From IMG/VR virus record IMGVR_UViG_3300017774_008765: 64,000 nt of DNA; one strand, written 5' to 3'. Of this stretch, positions 8,196 through 17,888 are shown piece by piece. A program made the position numbers and the translations under genes. The stretch's first letter is position 1. Every line of letters starts with the position of its first letter. This DNA comes from an uncultured virus (IMG/VR IMGVR_UViG_3300017774_008765) (Duplodnaviria > Heunggongvirae > Uroviricota > Caudoviricetes). The notes beneath the pieces were generated by a model. The model saw nothing but the letters and a program-made list of their open reading frames with translations, searched no databases and had not been told where the DNA came from.

Positions 8196-9130
8196 TGCTG
8201 CGGGAGAAGCTGGCGCACATCACGCTCCTCACCGGCTCCGTGGGGGCAGGCAAGAGCGTGCTGGCCCGGAAGCTCGCCCCCCACTACGACCTCGTGGTGG
8301 GGACGGACACCGGGGGCGTCGTCGACGGGAAGTACGTCTCTTTGTCGAAGGAGGAGAAGGTGCGGGTCCGCGCGGAGCGGACGGCCGCGGTCCTCGAGGC
8401 CCACCGCGCGGGCAAGCGGGTGCTCGTCGAGGGGTTTCCGGAAGGGCACGTCAAGCATCCCGGGGTCGTCGCTGAGGCGGACCGGGTCCTGCACCTCGCC
8501 ACCCCGCACCTGCGCGGGATCCTCGACGTGGCCCGGCGTTCCCGGGAACGTGGCACCCCGATGTGGCCGGACATCAAGATGGCCATCCAGACGCGGCTCG
8601 CGGACGGGAAGTACCTGCGGGAGATCGAACAGCAGGTGGGAAAGGACAGGTTCGTCCGGATCACGCGCGACTACGTCGAGAAGCACGCGGCCCGCCCCGG
8701 CTCGAAGGAGGACATGCGCGCGCAGAAGAAGGTGGACGCGCATTTCGGCGCGATCGATCCGCGGACGAAGTGGGACCAGCTCCCCGAGGACGTTCGGCGA
8801 AAGAGCTTCGTCGCCACGCTGGCAAAGGACCCGCGCACCGACCCGAAGCTGCTTCGCCACGTCGACGCCATGCACCGACTCACCACGGGTGCGCCCGTGG
8901 CCACCGTCACCGGCGATCGGGGGCAGGAGTACACGATCAAGCGGCTCCGCGGTGGCCCGGAGCTTGGCTGCACCTGTGGCGACTGGCGCTACGTGCGCTC
9001 GGTGCAACCAACCGGCAGCCCCGAGCGGCAGTGCAAGCACATCCGGGGATACCTCAAGGAGATGACCACCGGTGAGGACGTCCCCGCGGTGCGGCCGACC
9101 GGAGCGGTGTTCGACCGGTTCAAGGGCTAA
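8195..9130 (+). CDS. P-loop (NMP-kinase/AAA-like) domain fused to a C-terminal SWIM zinc finger
   Basis: Walker A LLTGSVGAGKS and Walker B-like VLVEG. SWIM pattern CTCGDW...CKH. TGATG coupling. Confidence 0.75.
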   Translation: MLREKLAHITLLTGSVGAGKSVLARKLAPHYDLVVGTDTGGVVDGKYVSLSKEEKVRVRAERTAAVLEAHRAGKRVLVEGFPEGHVKHPGVVAEADRVLHLATPHLRGILDVARRSRERGTPMWPDIKMAIQTRLADGKYLREIEQQVGKDRFVRITRDYVEKHAARPGSKEDMRAQKKVDAHFGAIDPRTKWDQLPEDVRRKSFVATLAKDPRTDPKLLRHVDAMHRLTTGAPVATVTGDRGQEYTIKRLRGGPELGCTCGDWRYVRSVQPTGSPERQCKHIRGYLKEMTTGEDVPAVRPTGAVFDRFKG

Positions 9131-9296
9131 AAAAATCACCCGCTTGGACGGAGGGTCCGCTTCGCCCGGGTGAGCCCGTACTTCTTTCTCGTTGCGTGGG
9201 CCAGCCTTCCTCCACTTCACGCGGGGAGAGTTTTCCAGGCATAGAGGTTATCCCTTTTTTCTTGTGCATTTTTCAGGCTGAGATACGGGGGATCGC

Positions 9297-9560
9297 ATGA
9301 CGAAATCCCGTACCCTTGCGGATGCACTACGCGAGATCCGTGATCTCAAGGAGCGCGCCGCCGTGAACGCGGCTCTCTCCAACTACCTCCGGACGTACTA
9401 CCTCCCCCGGGACGCCGGGCAGGCGCAGAAGAAGCTGGCCTGTGAGAACGCTCCGGTGGGCGAGCGCATGCTCGATGAGATTGCCTGCGAGCTCGAGGAG
9501 AGCGCGCAGGAGATGAACAAGGCGGCGCAGGCCGCGCTGACGGAGCGGTACGATGGGTAG
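9297..9560 (+). CDS. hypothetical protein (87 aa)
   Basis: GGGGGA RBS, helical composition. Confidence 0.65.
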   Translation: MTKSRTLADALREIRDLKERAAVNAALSNYLRTYYLPRDAGQAQKKLACENAPVGERMLDEIACELEESAQEMNKAAQAALTERYDG

Positions 9561-9987
9561 CCCCACGCGAAAGATCTCGATCCGGACCTCCCTCGTCAGC
9601 GCGCGGGAGACGGCGGAGACGGCGAAGGAGCAGGTCAAGGACCTGACCTACGCCTGCCAGTCCTACGAGCACAAGCTCGCGGAGCTCGAGGACGTGGTCG
9701 TCCGGATGTGGGGAGCGCACGAGCAGCTCTGGTCTGCGATGGAGCAGATGGACGTGACCCTCGCAGCCGTCCGGCACGTCTTGAACGAGCACGGCATCCC
9801 GGAGGCCGAGGTCTTCGCGTCGCGGGAGCAGATGCTCGCGCGGAAGGAGCAGCTCCTCCAAAGGCGGAACGCCGACGTGGAACCACCCCTCCCGCCCCTT
9901 CCGGTTCTCACGCCGTCGGCGCCCCTTCCGGCGGCCGCGGTTACGACGCCGAATATTCCCCAAGGGGCCTTTATCTTTGGCGGATAA
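9553..9987 (+). CDS. coiled-coil hypothetical protein
   Basis: 144 aa, GGAG RBS, heptad-like segments and a Pro-rich tail. Confidence 0.7.
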   Translation: MGSPTRKISIRTSLVSARETAETAKEQVKDLTYACQSYEHKLAELEDVVVRMWGAHEQLWSAMEQMDVTLAAVRHVLNEHGIPEAEVFASREQMLARKEQLLQRRNADVEPPLPPLPVLTPSAPLPAAAVTTPNIPQGAFIFGG

Positions 9988-10004
9988 ATCCGCTACACTG
10001 ACGG

Positions 10005-10143
10005 GGCGAGGGACCTCCTGTTCCCGAAATCCCGCCGGTGGTCCTCCCTCGCATGGTCGTTCATGTTGGAGCAGCAGCGGGTTAGGCCGGGCATCCAGGG
10101 CCGAAGCTGAACGCTGTTGGAAGCGGGCAGACTGGATGCGCCC
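10005..10143 (+). ncRNA. candidate structured RNA or leader (unclassified)
   Basis: TACACT at 9994-9999 upstream. Stems 10006-13/10045-52, 10072-79/10112-19 and 10091-98/10132-39; the last two cross, giving a pseudoknot topology. Confidence 0.35.
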
Positions 10144-10161
10144 TTCTAAGAAAGAGAGCCC

Positions 10162-10359
10162 ATGATCGCGCTGCACTACACAGGTCCGGACACGCCGGCC
10201 GCCCGCAAGGAAGCGGTCGAGCAAGAGCTCGACCGCTTCGACACGGTGTTCAAGGGGACGGGTAACTCGCCCCTGGCACGCTCGGAACGAGCACTGTTGC
10301 GGACTTACCTGGTGGCCCGCTTGTCAGGGCGAATGTCTTCGCCCCCCGCGGATCGCTGA
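10162..10359 (+). CDS. small hypothetical protein (65 aa)
   Basis: ATG follows a purine-rich AAGAGAG. Overlaps the 3' end of a convergent ORF. Confidence 0.55.
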   Translation: MIALHYTGPDTPAARKEAVEQELDRFDTVFKGTGNSPLARSERALLRTYLVARLSGRMSSPPADR

Positions 10360-10753
10360 ACATCTGGTGCCGAAGCGGCGGGGTGTTCTCCGGCAGCTCC
10401 CACTTCTCCTTGGACAGGATGACCACGGGGAGCGGAAGGTCGTTGACGAGATCGCCGGGAAGCCGGTCGATCAGCTCCTCGTGGAAGTGGCGACTGCCGA
10501 GCGCCCGGCCGTCGGCGTCGACCCGCCAGGTGAGCCGGCTGATGATGTACAGGTCGCTGTCGTAGCGGATCGACGTGGCGTGGATGCAGTCACCGAGCAG
10601 GAACACGTCGAAGACCGCCCAGTACCCGCGGTGTCCTTGGAGCGAGGGGCCGTAGCCGCAGTGGCCGCACTGGTGCAGGCCGGTAGCGATCTGGGCCATC
10701 GCGCGGCGGCAGATGGGGCAGAGAAGAACAGAAAGCATAGGTGGATCCTCCAT
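10250..10753 (-). CDS. hypothetical protein with N-terminal zinc ribbon
   Basis: CPIC...CGHC. GGAGG precedes the ATG at 10738, which is the probable true start. Confidence 0.6.
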   Translation of the reverse strand: MEDPPMLSVLLCPICRRAMAQIATGLHQCGHCGYGPSLQGHRGYWAVFDVFLLGDCIHATSIRYDSDLYIISRLTWRVDADGRALGSRHFHEELIDRLPGDLVNDLPLPVVILSKEKWELPENTPPLRHQMFSDPRGAKTFALTSGPPGKSATVLVPSVPGASYPSP

Positions 10754-10767
10754 CTTGCTTATGGCTA

Positions 10768-10794
10768 AGAAAAGCCCCCAGTTTCCTGGGGGCT
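10768..10794 (-). terminator. intrinsic terminator
   Basis: 9-bp stem 10773-81/10786-94 with a GAAA loop on the - strand, followed by a U-run. Downstream of the 10811-11332 gene. Confidence 0.65.
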
Positions 10795-10810
10795 CTCCTC
10801 TACCCGTCCC

Positions 10811-11332
10811 CTACTGCGCGGGCTGGCGCGTTTTACTGCGGCCCGCGAGCACGAACAGGTAATACGGAAGGCGCGACCAGGTCGCCTCCCGCACTACCGG
10901 GTCGGGGCTGGCCGACCGCGAGGCGAACGTCTGCCAGCCCCGGGCCTCCGTGGCCGTGAGCAAGAGCGTCCCGTATAGCGGGACCTCCACCGGGGCAACG
11001 GCGAGCGCCGCCCCGTAGAGGGCCCGGAGGCCCGCCTGCGCCGCCTCCGGCAAGGTTGTTGTGGAGGCAAGCAAATCCGGGCCGAGCCCGTATAGGGCCT
11101 CCTGAAGGGGCGCCCTATCCTCCGCGGATGGGGCCTCGTTCAGCCGGGTGATCACGTCCGCCACCTCCCGGAGGCGCCGCTGCTTCTCCGCAGCGGCAAG
11201 GTTGTTGTGGTGCTCCGCAAAGAGCTGAGGAAGCCCCAACAGCTCAACGGCCGTCCCCGTCACCGACGGGGCGGACTTCGCCAGCCCGAGGCCGGCCATC
11301 GCGCCGAGCCCGGCGGAAAGAAGAAGAATCAT
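10811..11332 (-). CDS. hypothetical protein with hydrophobic N-terminus (173 aa)
   Basis: ATG at 11332 follows GGAGG. N-terminus MILLLSAGLGAMAGLGL. Confidence 0.6.
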   Translation of the reverse strand: MILLLSAGLGAMAGLGLAKSAPSVTGTAVELLGLPQLFAEHHNNLAAAEKQRRLREVADVITRLNEAPSAEDRAPLQEALYGLGPDLLASTTTLPEAAQAGLRALYGAALAVAPVEVPLYGTLLLTATEARGWQTFASRSASPDPVVREATWSRLPYYLFVLAGRSKTRQPAQ

Positions 11333-11446
11333 GAAACCTCCATTTGTTGGTTCATCATACTTATGCCTCTTTTTGGGCTCGTTTTTAGACAGAGAGGGAA
11401 ACCCCCGAAACCCTGTTAGACTGCTGCCCATGCGCAGGTCCGTCCG

Positions 11447-14400
11447 ATGAACCCCGCTCTCTACGGCCCCGGGTACGGCCCCGCCCCCGGGGTCTCGGCG
11501 TATCCGCCGCAGTGGACGTACGCCCCGGCTCCGATGTCGCAGTACGGGGCCTCCTACGCGCAGGCCGGCGCGATGGGCCTCATGGGCGGCATCCCCGCGG
11601 GGATCGGCGCCGTCTCCATGGGCGCCGGACTCGCGCAGATGGGCGGCCAGGCTGTCGGCTGGGGCGCCAAGCAGCTGGGCATGACCGCGCTGGCCGGGCA
11701 GGCCGCCGGTGTCGCGGGCTCGAAACTCCTCCTCGGCGCGTCCCTGCTGGATCCCACGACGGCCGCGTTCATGGGGTCCACCACCGCCATGGGCGCCGCG
11801 GGCGGGTTTGGCACGGCGCTGGGGAGCGTGGGGGGCTTTGCGCGTGTCGGCGCCGCCGGCGTGATGGGCGGGGCTGCGGCGATGCTCAACCCCATCACCC
11901 TCGGCGCGATGGCGGTGACCCAGGGCCTCGGCTCCATGTACGACGGAGCCAAGCATCAGGCGCGCTTCAACTCGATGATGGCGGCGAACAACGGGTTCGC
12001 CAGCGGGACCGGCATCGGCGGCCGCGGCTTCTCCTACGGCCAGATGAGCGGGATGATGCACATGGCGCATCAGATCGACAAGGACGACCCCTTCGCCAGC
12101 ATGAAGGACATCACGGGGGTCATGGGCCGGTTCAACGAGTTCGGCATGAACCAGGGGGTCCGAGACGCCGAGCAGATCTCGAAGAAGATGAAGGACATGG
12201 TCACCGCCGTCCGCTCGATGGCGAAGACGCTGGGGACGACCCTGGAGGAGGCCTCGGGGGTCTTCGGCGCCATGCGCGGCGCCGGGTTCTACACCGGCGC
12301 GGACATCCTCGGGAACACCCGGCGCATGGGCGTAGCGAAGGCCAACGGTCTGTCGAACCAGGGCTTCATGGAGATGCAGTACGGCGGGGCGAACACGACG
12401 CGCGGCCGCGGCATGGGCGGACAGGCCGGCGCGACGGCCGCCACCAACGTCTACGAGGAGCTCACCGCCGCCCAGCGCATGAAGGTCCTGTCGGCGGAAG
12501 AGATGATGGACGCCACGGGCACCGGGAACGCCGCGGACGCGGCCAAGCAGATGGGCCTGAACGTCACCGGGGGGCTGACCAGCTTCTACAACGACACCGG
12601 GGTTGGGCAGGCGATGCTCGCCGCCATCGGCCAGATGAAGGACGGCAAGTTCACGGGCGGGATCGACAACGACCTCGTGGCCAGGCTCCAGTCCGGTGAG
12701 ATCGACATCAACAACCTCGTGGCCCAGGGCCAGAAGCGCCTCGGAAGCCGGGACGCCAAGCTCTCGTTCGTGACGAAGAACCCCGATATCGCCGCCGGGC
12801 TGATGAAGTCCGAGGGCGCGGGCGGGGCTACCGCCCTGATGATGAAGTCCATCGCCGGCGACAAGTTCGGTGACATGGACCCCGAGAACCTCGTCCAGCT
12901 CATGAGCGAGCGGCTCATCGGTTTGGACCGCAAGACGGCCGAGTCCATGGTCAAGCTGATGAAGGAGAGCCAGAAGATCCGCGGCGAGGTGCAGGGAGAC
13001 CTCCAGCGCGAATTTCAGCAGCGCGCGTACGAGATCGACATGCGCGAGAACCGGTCCCTCGAGGGGGTGTTGAGCAAGGCGAAACAGCAGGCGTACAACA
13101 TGACGCTCGCGCATGCGGAGGAGGCAGGCGCCGCCGTCTACACCTCGCTCGGGCAGACCTCCGAGCGCATCGGAAACACCGTCTTCGGGCGCACTCGCGT
13201 TGGCTCCGACGAGAAGACCCGGAACGAAGCGATCATAAATCTCGCACAGGGACGCAGTACGGGCTCGGTCGACGCTACCACCGGGCTTGTCCCGTATCTG
13301 ACGGGCGCGGGAATGGCTGACTCCCAGGCCATCCGCATGGCCACCGAAGCCATGGCGGGCGGCTCCGCTCAGTTTCAAGACGTGCCCCTCTCTGACACGC
13401 TGAGCATGAAGTACTACCGCCCCGAGACGGCGATTATGGACGACCTCGTTTCATCCTATAAGAATGCGCTTGGTGCGGAAGGAGCAACCTCCGGCAGCGC
13501 CCTAAGCTCTTTCGAGATTAAGGACAGCGGCAGCTGGCTCGCGTTCGGGAAGGCCAAAGGCCAAGACGTCCTGACTGCGGATCCGAAATTGCGCGCCGCG
13601 TTCTATCAGCGCCTCCAGAAGGAGGGGCTGTACACGGCCGACGCCGCGCGCCTTGGAGAGACCGGGTACTACGGTTCTCTGGAAGAAGCGCAGTCTTCGC
13701 TCCGTACAACGCTAAAGGACGCGATCCAGTCCGGAGACGACTACTCCGTGCTAGAGACGGGACAGGACACCTTAGACACTCTTCAGGAGACGGGCGGTCT
13801 TGGCCTGATGGCCGAGTTCGGGCGCAAGAAGCTTGGCCGTAAAGAACTGATGGCGCTCAATGAAAAGGCGCTGACCCAGGTGACGAGCGGTGTCACGCGA
13901 GACGATGCGCTCGTACGCCTATTAAAGGAGAAGGGGATCGCGACCACGTCTAGTGCAGCCCGGGGGGCGTTTGACTATCTTGCGCGGAGCGACGCGGACA
14001 CGGGGCTCTTCAAGAAGGTCGAGGGGATCCTGGGGGGCCAGCAGCAGCTGTCCAACCAGCTCCAGCTCCAGGGACTGACCTCGTCGTACCTGGGTAAAGA
14101 AGACGGAATCGGTGCCGAGCTGGCGACACAGATGAAGAACCTCGACGTGGCCCTGCGCGGCTCGGGAAATACCGCCGACGCGATGGCGGAGTTCATGCAG
14201 GCGGCCGAGGCGAAGTACAGCGGAAACTTGGGCGCGCTCTATACCCAAGGGGCCCTCGGACAGGCCAGCGCCGAAGGAATCAAGACGCTCAAATCCATCC
14301 GCGGAATGAAGAAAAACGCGGACGTGGCCGGCGCCTTGGGATTCTCCGAAGACCAACTGGCACGTCTCGGTGTGAGCGTGGAGGATGGCAGCATCGATGT

Positions 14401-14665
14401 GACGGAAGAGAAGAAGCTCCGTGCCGCACTTCTGACACGAGGTACCGAGAGTTACGGGATGACCGCCACGGAAGGCTCTCTCACGGCCATCAGCGACTTC
14501 AACCGACAGACCCTCGAGCTCGCGAAGTACACGACCCTCCTCGCCGGGCAGGTCTCCACGCTGGAGACACGCGTTTCCGGAAAGGCCGGGAACACGAGCG
14601 CCGAGGCGGCGCCCGTGGCGGGTAGTACAGGAGCAGAATCGCCGCCGCCGCCGCCGGGGAGGTAA
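11447..14665 (+). CDS. tape-measure-like tail protein (1072 aa)
   Basis: Long Gly/Ala/Met-rich, helical, low-Pro protein with hydrophobic Gly-rich segments. Sits directly upstream of the hub/baseplate genes. Confidence 0.65.
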   Translation: MNPALYGPGYGPAPGVSAYPPQWTYAPAPMSQYGASYAQAGAMGLMGGIPAGIGAVSMGAGLAQMGGQAVGWGAKQLGMTALAGQAAGVAGSKLLLGASLLDPTTAAFMGSTTAMGAAGGFGTALGSVGGFARVGAAGVMGGAAAMLNPITLGAMAVTQGLGSMYDGAKHQARFNSMMAANNGFASGTGIGGRGFSYGQMSGMMHMAHQIDKDDPFASMKDITGVMGRFNEFGMNQGVRDAEQISKKMKDMVTAVRSMAKTLGTTLEEASGVFGAMRGAGFYTGADILGNTRRMGVAKANGLSNQGFMEMQYGGANTTRGRGMGGQAGATAATNVYEELTAAQRMKVLSAEEMMDATGTGNAADAAKQMGLNVTGGLTSFYNDTGVGQAMLAAIGQMKDGKFTGGIDNDLVARLQSGEIDINNLVAQGQKRLGSRDAKLSFVTKNPDIAAGLMKSEGAGGATALMMKSIAGDKFGDMDPENLVQLMSERLIGLDRKTAESMVKLMKESQKIRGEVQGDLQREFQQRAYEIDMRENRSLEGVLSKAKQQAYNMTLAHAEEAGAAVYTSLGQTSERIGNTVFGRTRVGSDEKTRNEAIINLAQGRSTGSVDATTGLVPYLTGAGMADSQAIRMATEAMAGGSAQFQDVPLSDTLSMKYYRPETAIMDDLVSSYKNALGAEGATSGSALSSFEIKDSGSWLAFGKAKGQDVLTADPKLRAAFYQRLQKEGLYTADAARLGETGYYGSLEEAQSSLRTTLKDAIQSGDDYSVLETGQDTLDTLQETGGLGLMAEFGRKKLGRKELMALNEKALTQVTSGVTRDDALVRLLKEKGIATTSSAARGAFDYLARSDADTGLFKKVEGILGGQQQLSNQLQLQGLTSSYLGKEDGIGAELATQMKNLDVALRGSGNTADAMAEFMQAAEAKYSGNLGALYTQGALGQASAEGIKTLKSIRGMKKNADVAGALGFSEDQLARLGVSVEDGSIDVTEEKKLRAALLTRGTESYGMTATEGSLTAISDFNRQTLELAKYTTLLAGQVSTLETRVSGKAGNTSAEAAPVAGSTGAESPPPPPGR

Positions 14666-14671
14666 GCAACC

Positions 14672-14875
14672 ATGAGCACCTCTGATCCCACCACCTTCAC
14701 CGTCGACGGCCCCGCGGGTCGCGAGGTCTACCGCTACCTGCCGCACCCCACCATCGAGGACCTCGTCGGGATCCAGATGCGCGCCGTGGCGGCGGAGATT
14801 GTCACCGGCGAGACGTACTTCACCCCGCTGGACGTCTCGGTACGGCGCCAGATGACCCGCACGGAGACGCGCTGA
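14672..14875 (+). CDS. small hypothetical protein (67 aa)
   Basis: GGAGG RBS and TGATG coupling to the next gene. Confidence 0.65.
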   Translation: MSTSDPTTFTVDGPAGREVYRYLPHPTIEDLVGIQMRAVAAEIVTGETYFTPLDVSVRRQMTRTETR

Positions 14876-16299
14876 TGGCCGGACTGCTCGCGAAGGAAGT
14901 TGACGTCTTCGGCGGGGATAGGGGCGCGATGGCCCAGGCCAGCGAGAACGCCAACCGCATCGGCACGGACGACGCCGTCCGTCGGCCGCTGCAAGGCATC
15001 GTCGTGCGGCCGGATACCTACGCGTCCCTCTCCGTCCGAAATACCGCGGGGACCGCCATCCCCCTGAAGAACTCGTCTGCGGGAGGTACCGCCCCGGTTG
15101 GGGAGAGCACCCGTTACTTCAACTTCCTCCTGGTGGGCGTCTCCGAGGAGAAAGAGGAGAAGTTCCAGGCGGTGCCCACGTTCGGCGCGGCCTACGGGTT
15201 CTTCTACGGCGAGAAGCCGCACTTCATGACGTTCAGCGCCGTCCTGCTCGACACGGCGGACTTCCAGTGGACGATCGAGTGGTGGGAGAACTACCAGGAG
15301 ACCCTGCGCGGTACGAAGCTGACGGATCGGCGCGCGCGGGCGTACCTGACCTTCGACGAGTACGTCGTCGAGGGGTACATCCTCCGCGCCAGTACGAACA
15401 AGAACGCGGACAGCCCCCACCTCGTCCAGCTCCAGTTCAGCATGTGGGTCACCGCGAGCCACACCCTGACCGTGCCGGGAACGCGCGCGTTCCCGACGTT
15501 CGACACCGAGGGAATCAACTATCACCAGACGGACACCGCGGCGTACACGAGTAAGGGGCTCGCAGCGCGGCAGGCTCTTGAAAGCTTTCGGGCGAATGAG
15601 GGGCTCACGGGCGTATTAGGGGCGCTCGGCAAAGTACGCAGCGCCATCGCATCCGCGGTTGACAACATTGAGGGCTGGTACGAGGACGCCACGCAGTTCC
15701 TCTACGGGCGGACGATCACTCTCGCCCCCGACCAGGGCGGCATGGTCCGTTTGATCGGAGAAGCCAACCTTGCCGCAGGCTCGTTTAGCGACGGACAGTT
15801 CAAGGAATTTTCGGCACGACGCGGCCTCAACCTGCGCTTGCCGCTTTCCGGCTACTACCCGAAGCCTGCGGAGCGGACGACGTTCGACCGGAACATCGAC
15901 GAGTACATCACGCAGCCTCCGATGCGAGAGGGCACGCGCTCTGTTCAAACGCGCTCTGTGGGCTCCGGTAACAGCGTAATCGACCGCAATAAAAGGGCTT
16001 TGGAGTGGGCAGAGGGGCAGGTTGCGGGCGTTCCGAACCAGCAGGAGCTCATGCAGCGGTTCATGTTGAACCTCGCCGGCAAGGCCGCCTACGGCGCGTT
16101 GAGCCTCGGGTTCAACGTCATCGCCCCCGCAGTGGTCTCCGCCGTCGGAAACGCGGCGCGCTCCACACAGGGCGGCAGCGAGAACGCGAACAGCTGGCAC
16201 TCGGGTACAACGTCAGATAGTGACGCGCAGGAACAGGCACTTGCCGTCTCGGAATCGGGAACGGAAGCCGCCGCCGCCTACGAACGCGGAGCGTCATGA
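14875..16299 (+). CDS. putative baseplate/tail-tube-initiator-type structural protein (474 aa)
   Basis: Lies between the tape measure and hub genes and has an aromatic beta-rich N-terminal half. Function inferred from synteny. Confidence 0.55.
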   Translation: MAGLLAKEVDVFGGDRGAMAQASENANRIGTDDAVRRPLQGIVVRPDTYASLSVRNTAGTAIPLKNSSAGGTAPVGESTRYFNFLLVGVSEEKEEKFQAVPTFGAAYGFFYGEKPHFMTFSAVLLDTADFQWTIEWWENYQETLRGTKLTDRRARAYLTFDEYVVEGYILRASTNKNADSPHLVQLQFSMWVTASHTLTVPGTRAFPTFDTEGINYHQTDTAAYTSKGLAARQALESFRANEGLTGVLGALGKVRSAIASAVDNIEGWYEDATQFLYGRTITLAPDQGGMVRLIGEANLAAGSFSDGQFKEFSARRGLNLRLPLSGYYPKPAERTTFDRNIDEYITQPPMREGTRSVQTRSVGSGNSVIDRNKRALEWAEGQVAGVPNQQELMQRFMLNLAGKAAYGALSLGFNVIAPAVVSAVGNAARSTQGGSENANSWHSGTTSDSDAQEQALAVSESGTEAAAAYERGAS

Positions 16300-17888
16300 G
16301 TCGGTACGGTAGCGGGCAGCGTCTCCACCTGCGCCTGTTCCTCGAGGGACTCGAGGTGCCCGTCATCTCCGCCTCGGTCACTGCGAGCGAGGGGGCAGGC
16401 GCCACCGCGCAGATCGAGGTCGTACCGACGGACCGCGGGCTGGAGTTCCTTCCCCGCACGACGGTGCACCTGTTCTACCTCGACGAGGACGCGCGTATCT
16501 ATGGCGGAGAGAAAGAGTCGTACCGCCTGCTGTTCATGGGCGAGGTCCTGGCGCTCAGCTACACGAAGGCGGGGTACGGCGTCCGTTCGCTCATCCTGAA
16601 CTGCGTCGACTTCAGCAACTACTGGGACACGACCTACCTCTTCCAGTACACCGATCCGACCTCGCTGCTGGAGATCGCGCAGCGACGCACGTTCGTGACC
16701 GCCTCGGAGGCGACGACGGACACCCTTGCCGGGAGCACCCTTGACCTGGTCATCTCCGACATGGCGCAGCACGGAGCGATCTACCAGCACCGCGTCAACA
16801 CCGACGAGCCGGCCGGACTGCTCGACGGCCTCTTCGCGATCCTCGAGACCGCGGGCGGCGTGCAGGGGGTCATGCGGGGCCTGAATGACTGGGCGACGAT
16901 CTCCGAGCGCCGTGTCCTGCTGCTGAACCAGATCATCGCCGACGACGGGATCGCCGCGACCGAGCTGTTCAAGGACCAAGCGATCACCGGGTTCCTCAAG
17001 CGGGAGCTGGGAGAGCAGTCGGAGATCATCAGCTTTCGCGAGATCATCAACCTCATCGCGCGCACGGTGTTCTACGGGGTCTTCCCCAACCCCGTGGCCC
17101 GCTACGTCAAGCAGCCGTTGCGGTACAACGACGAGGTCGTCGCCGCGATCACACAGCCGAGCGAGCCGGCACCCGAAGCGTCATCCAGTGCCGCCACCCC
17201 TTCCGCGACGGGCACGGATCCGCTGATCAACACCGTTGACGAGGGAGGGACCACTGCCCCGCCGTGCAAGCCGATGGAGGGGGCTCCCTCCGGCTACGTG
17301 GTCTCGTGCGGGATCATGAGCCAGCGGAGGCACCCGACGCTCCGGGATGCAAACGGAAATCCCATCGTCCGTGCGCACCGGGGGCTGGATCTGCGGGCCG
17401 CGATCGGGCTCGCCGTCTACGCGCCCTACCGGGGCCGTGTCGTGACGGGGAACGACACCGACGGCGCAGGGAAGTACGTCACGCTCACCACCGAGAAGTA
17501 CATCTTCTCCTTCTTTCACCTGAGCGACAACACGCTGGCCAAGAACGGTACCACCGTGGACGCGGGGACGGTGCTCGGCAGGACGGGCAGCACCGGCGCC
17601 TCCAGCGGGCCCCACCTGCACCTGGAGGTGCGGTCGATCGACCGCAAGCGCGTCAAGGAACCGCGCGCGGATTTCCTCTACGGGGAGGGGTTCTCCCGCT
17701 CCCTGGAACCCGCGGATGCCCAGCGCACGCAGGACATTGCGGACGCCGAGGCGGCGGTCGAGGCAGCGGAGGCGGCACTTACCGCCGCGAAGGACGAGGG
17801 GCGGACGGGGGACGATCCGTACCTGCTCGCTGCGGAGGAAGACCTCGCCGACGCCCAGCAAAATCTCTACACGCTGCGAGAGTCCTAA
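16296..17888 (+). CDS. baseplate hub-like protein, N-terminal part, with M23 metallopeptidase domain
   Basis: Hub-like beta N-terminus (LFLEGLEVPVISASV...LLFMGEV). M23 motifs HRGLDL, FFHLS and GRTGSTGASSGPHLHLEV. Confidence 0.75.
   Translation: MSRYGSGQRLHLRLFLEGLEVPVISASVTASEGAGATAQIEVVPTDRGLEFLPRTTVHLFYLDEDARIYGGEKESYRLLFMGEVLALSYTKAGYGVRSLILNCVDFSNYWDTTYLFQYTDPTSLLEIAQRRTFVTASEATTDTLAGSTLDLVISDMAQHGAIYQHRVNTDEPAGLLDGLFAILETAGGVQGVMRGLNDWATISERRVLLLNQIIADDGIAATELFKDQAITGFLKRELGEQSEIISFREIINLIARTVFYGVFPNPVARYVKQPLRYNDEVVAAITQPSEPAPEASSSAATPSATGTDPLINTVDEGGTTAPPCKPMEGAPSGYVVSCGIMSQRRHPTLRDANGNPIVRAHRGLDLRAAIGLAVYAPYRGRVVTGNDTDGAGKYVTLTTEKYIFSFFHLSDNTLAKNGTTVDAGTVLGRTGSTGASSGPHLHLEVRSIDRKRVKEPRADFLYGEGFSRSLEPADAQRTQDIADAEAAVEAAEAALTAAKDEGRTGDDPYLLAAEEDLADAQQNLYTLRES

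Noticed and set aside
9126..9242. 38-codon - strand ORF (MPGKLSPREVEEG...) downstream of the GATAAC motif
   Set aside because: Short, no RBS and no recognisable features. It could be leaderless but cannot be supported.
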